A stretch of DNA of 63,309 nucleotides, the filler included, from Globobulimina sp. (lineage: Eukaryota): assembly GCA_003354225.1 (NCBI GenBank). It is 45 parts of 45 records of this genome, joined end to end, with 100 filler letters (N's around TTAATTAATTAA, not from the genome) between each part and the next. Parts side by side here need not be neighbours in the genome. Positions count along the whole stretch, not along the records: positions 62,002 to 63,309 come from PIVH01018974.1; 44 more parts are not named here. One strand, 5' to 3'. The notes beneath the pieces are model-generated. The model was not told the origin of the DNA. It did not search any database and worked only from the letters and a program-made list of their open reading frames with translations. How positions within the stretch are numbered: the stretch's first letter is position 1; each line of letters opens with the position of its first letter. Positions 61,902-63,309 of this stretch are shown here, one piece after another. A program made the position numbers and the translations under genes.

Positions 61902-62378
61902 NNNNNNNNNNNNNNNNNNNNNNNNNNNNNNNNNNNNNNNNNNNNTTAATTAATTAANNNNNNNNNNNNNNNNNNNNNNNNNNNNNNNNNNNNNNNNNNN
62001 NAAAAAAACTTTATTAATTAACTTGTGATTTGCGATGACCGTTGATTATGAATTGCAGCTACACCCAAAGCCAAATAATGATTTCCAGGGGTTTCTGAGC
62101 GTTACCGCTCCCATAGGTTGAACTATATTTTATAAAAACTTGTCAATACAAACACAACGCACACAAGATACTGTAATATGCGACAACGATCAGTACGGTT
62201 ATAATCATTTGCAACTAACATGCTGCGTTATTATTACGGTTGACCTGTGATATTTAATAGCATTTGTTCATATTTTGTATTTGCAAATGAAAGCAACTTA
62301 CATTCTCTTTACAGTGGAGCTTTTGATTTGTAAATTTCTTGATGGATAGATCTTCCTACTCAAGTCAGTCAACTGAAC

Positions 62379-63309
62379 ATGCCTTACATACTAAACATAG
62401 AATTGTTGGTCTTTGGCTACATCAGGAAAATTACGAGCACTGTGTATTATTTCAATAGAGACACACGCACATTAACTGCTTTAATCATTCCACTCGATAT
62501 ACAAAAATTAGTGATTGGCATTGGTTTTGAAAGCGAAATATTACAACATCTCGGAATTGTTTGTTGTGGATCTTTTGAAGCTGGCAAAACAACACTTTGT
62601 GCGAGATTATTATATAAATTAAAGGGTTTTACGCAAGCAGAGTCAATGCAATTCAATAACTTCCACAAAAATGGACAACTCACTGATTGCGCACAACTAC
62701 TAAATAAAGAAAAGGGCTGTTATGATGGCAAACGTACCATCAATTATTCACTACGAGAATTTTTCACCAATAATTATCATTATACATTGCTCCGATGCCC
62801 CGGGTAATAGACATTATGTCAATAATTTTATTTGTGCTGCGAGTGCCGCAGATGTTGCTTTGCTTGTAGTCCCAGCAACATTTGGCGATTTTGAATGTTC
62901 CATAAATAAAGGAAACCATCGAAAACGGTTTGTATTATTTTGATGAATGTAATCATGCTCCAAATACATACACTGTTTTATGTTTAATTGTTGCAGTGAA
63001 CAACAAGGCGACATACGTCATCAATGCAGATTGCTTTGGATTTTAGGAGTGGAGCAACTTATTGTTTGTGTCAATAAAATGGATGATGAAACAGTGAAAT
63101 ATTCGCAAGATCGATTCGATGAAATCAAGAATGTTTTGTGTAAATTGTTGGCCAGAATTGGCTATAAAACAAAGAAAATAGCATTCATTCCAATATCGTC
63201 GTTGAATGGGGATAATATATTTGATGTTTCATTGAATATGACGTGGTACACTGGCTTTAATGTTAAAATTAAGAAATATAAAGAAACGATTTCTGGGCAT
63301 AGTTTGCTT
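62379..63309 (+). CDS. Divergent EFL (EF-1alpha-like) GTPase with N-terminal extension; frameshift near 62790; intron 62929-62996
   Basis: GSFEAGKTT, REFFTNNYHYT, DAPGN, ADVALLVVPA, EFL-type insert SINKGNHRKREQQG, VCVNKMDD, FIPISSLNGDNI. Confidence 0.8.

Noticed and set aside
1311-62001. Regularly spaced TTAATTAATTAA motif, superficially like a CRISPR or repeat array
   Set aside because: It always sits inside N runs at contig joins; it is an artificial six-frame stop linker. ORFs ending in X..LIN are artefacts of it.
1-63309. Gene clusters or operons across contigs, such as G-alpha with 7TM or the two Polinton pieces as one element
   Set aside because: Contigs are ordered by length, so adjacency carries no information; the two integrases overlap in the same motif with different sequences.

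Overview
This window is not one locus. It is 45 unrelated short contigs (1310, then 1309, then 1308 bp, sorted by length) joined by artificial 100-nt linkers (N44-TTAATTAATTAA-N44, stops in all six frames), so gene order across linkers means nothing. Most contigs are AT-rich eukaryotic DNA with short GT-AG introns (about 50-140 nt). The gene content (an EFL-type elongation factor, several G-alpha, SAM, SPRY and 7TM genes) suggests a foraminiferan or related rhizarian; this is an inference. Some contigs look bacterial (18331-19640, 53554-54861), a few non-coding ones may come from an animal, and several show chimeric junctions typical of amplified single-cell or metagenome assemblies. Recognisable genes: MHS-family MFS transporter, CorA, peptidase S28, NRF-6 acyltransferase, tyrosine aminotransferase, vacuolar sorting receptor, sestrin, acyl-CoA synthetase, SNF2-RING helicase, PPR protein. 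Mobile DNA: a Zator-like transposase with matching ends on three contigs, two Polinton/Maverick fragments, an 85-bp hAT-type MITE, an LTR protease and a LINE endonuclease. The most interesting signals are two G-alpha genes with ankyrin or ankyrin-like N-terminal extensions and altered catalytic motifs together with an orphan 7TM family, two ADP-ribosyltransferase-fold proteins with unusual triads, intron-bearing transposase and integrase genes, and a single-gene 1190-bp circular or tandem unit. All family calls are from motif recognition; no database search was run.
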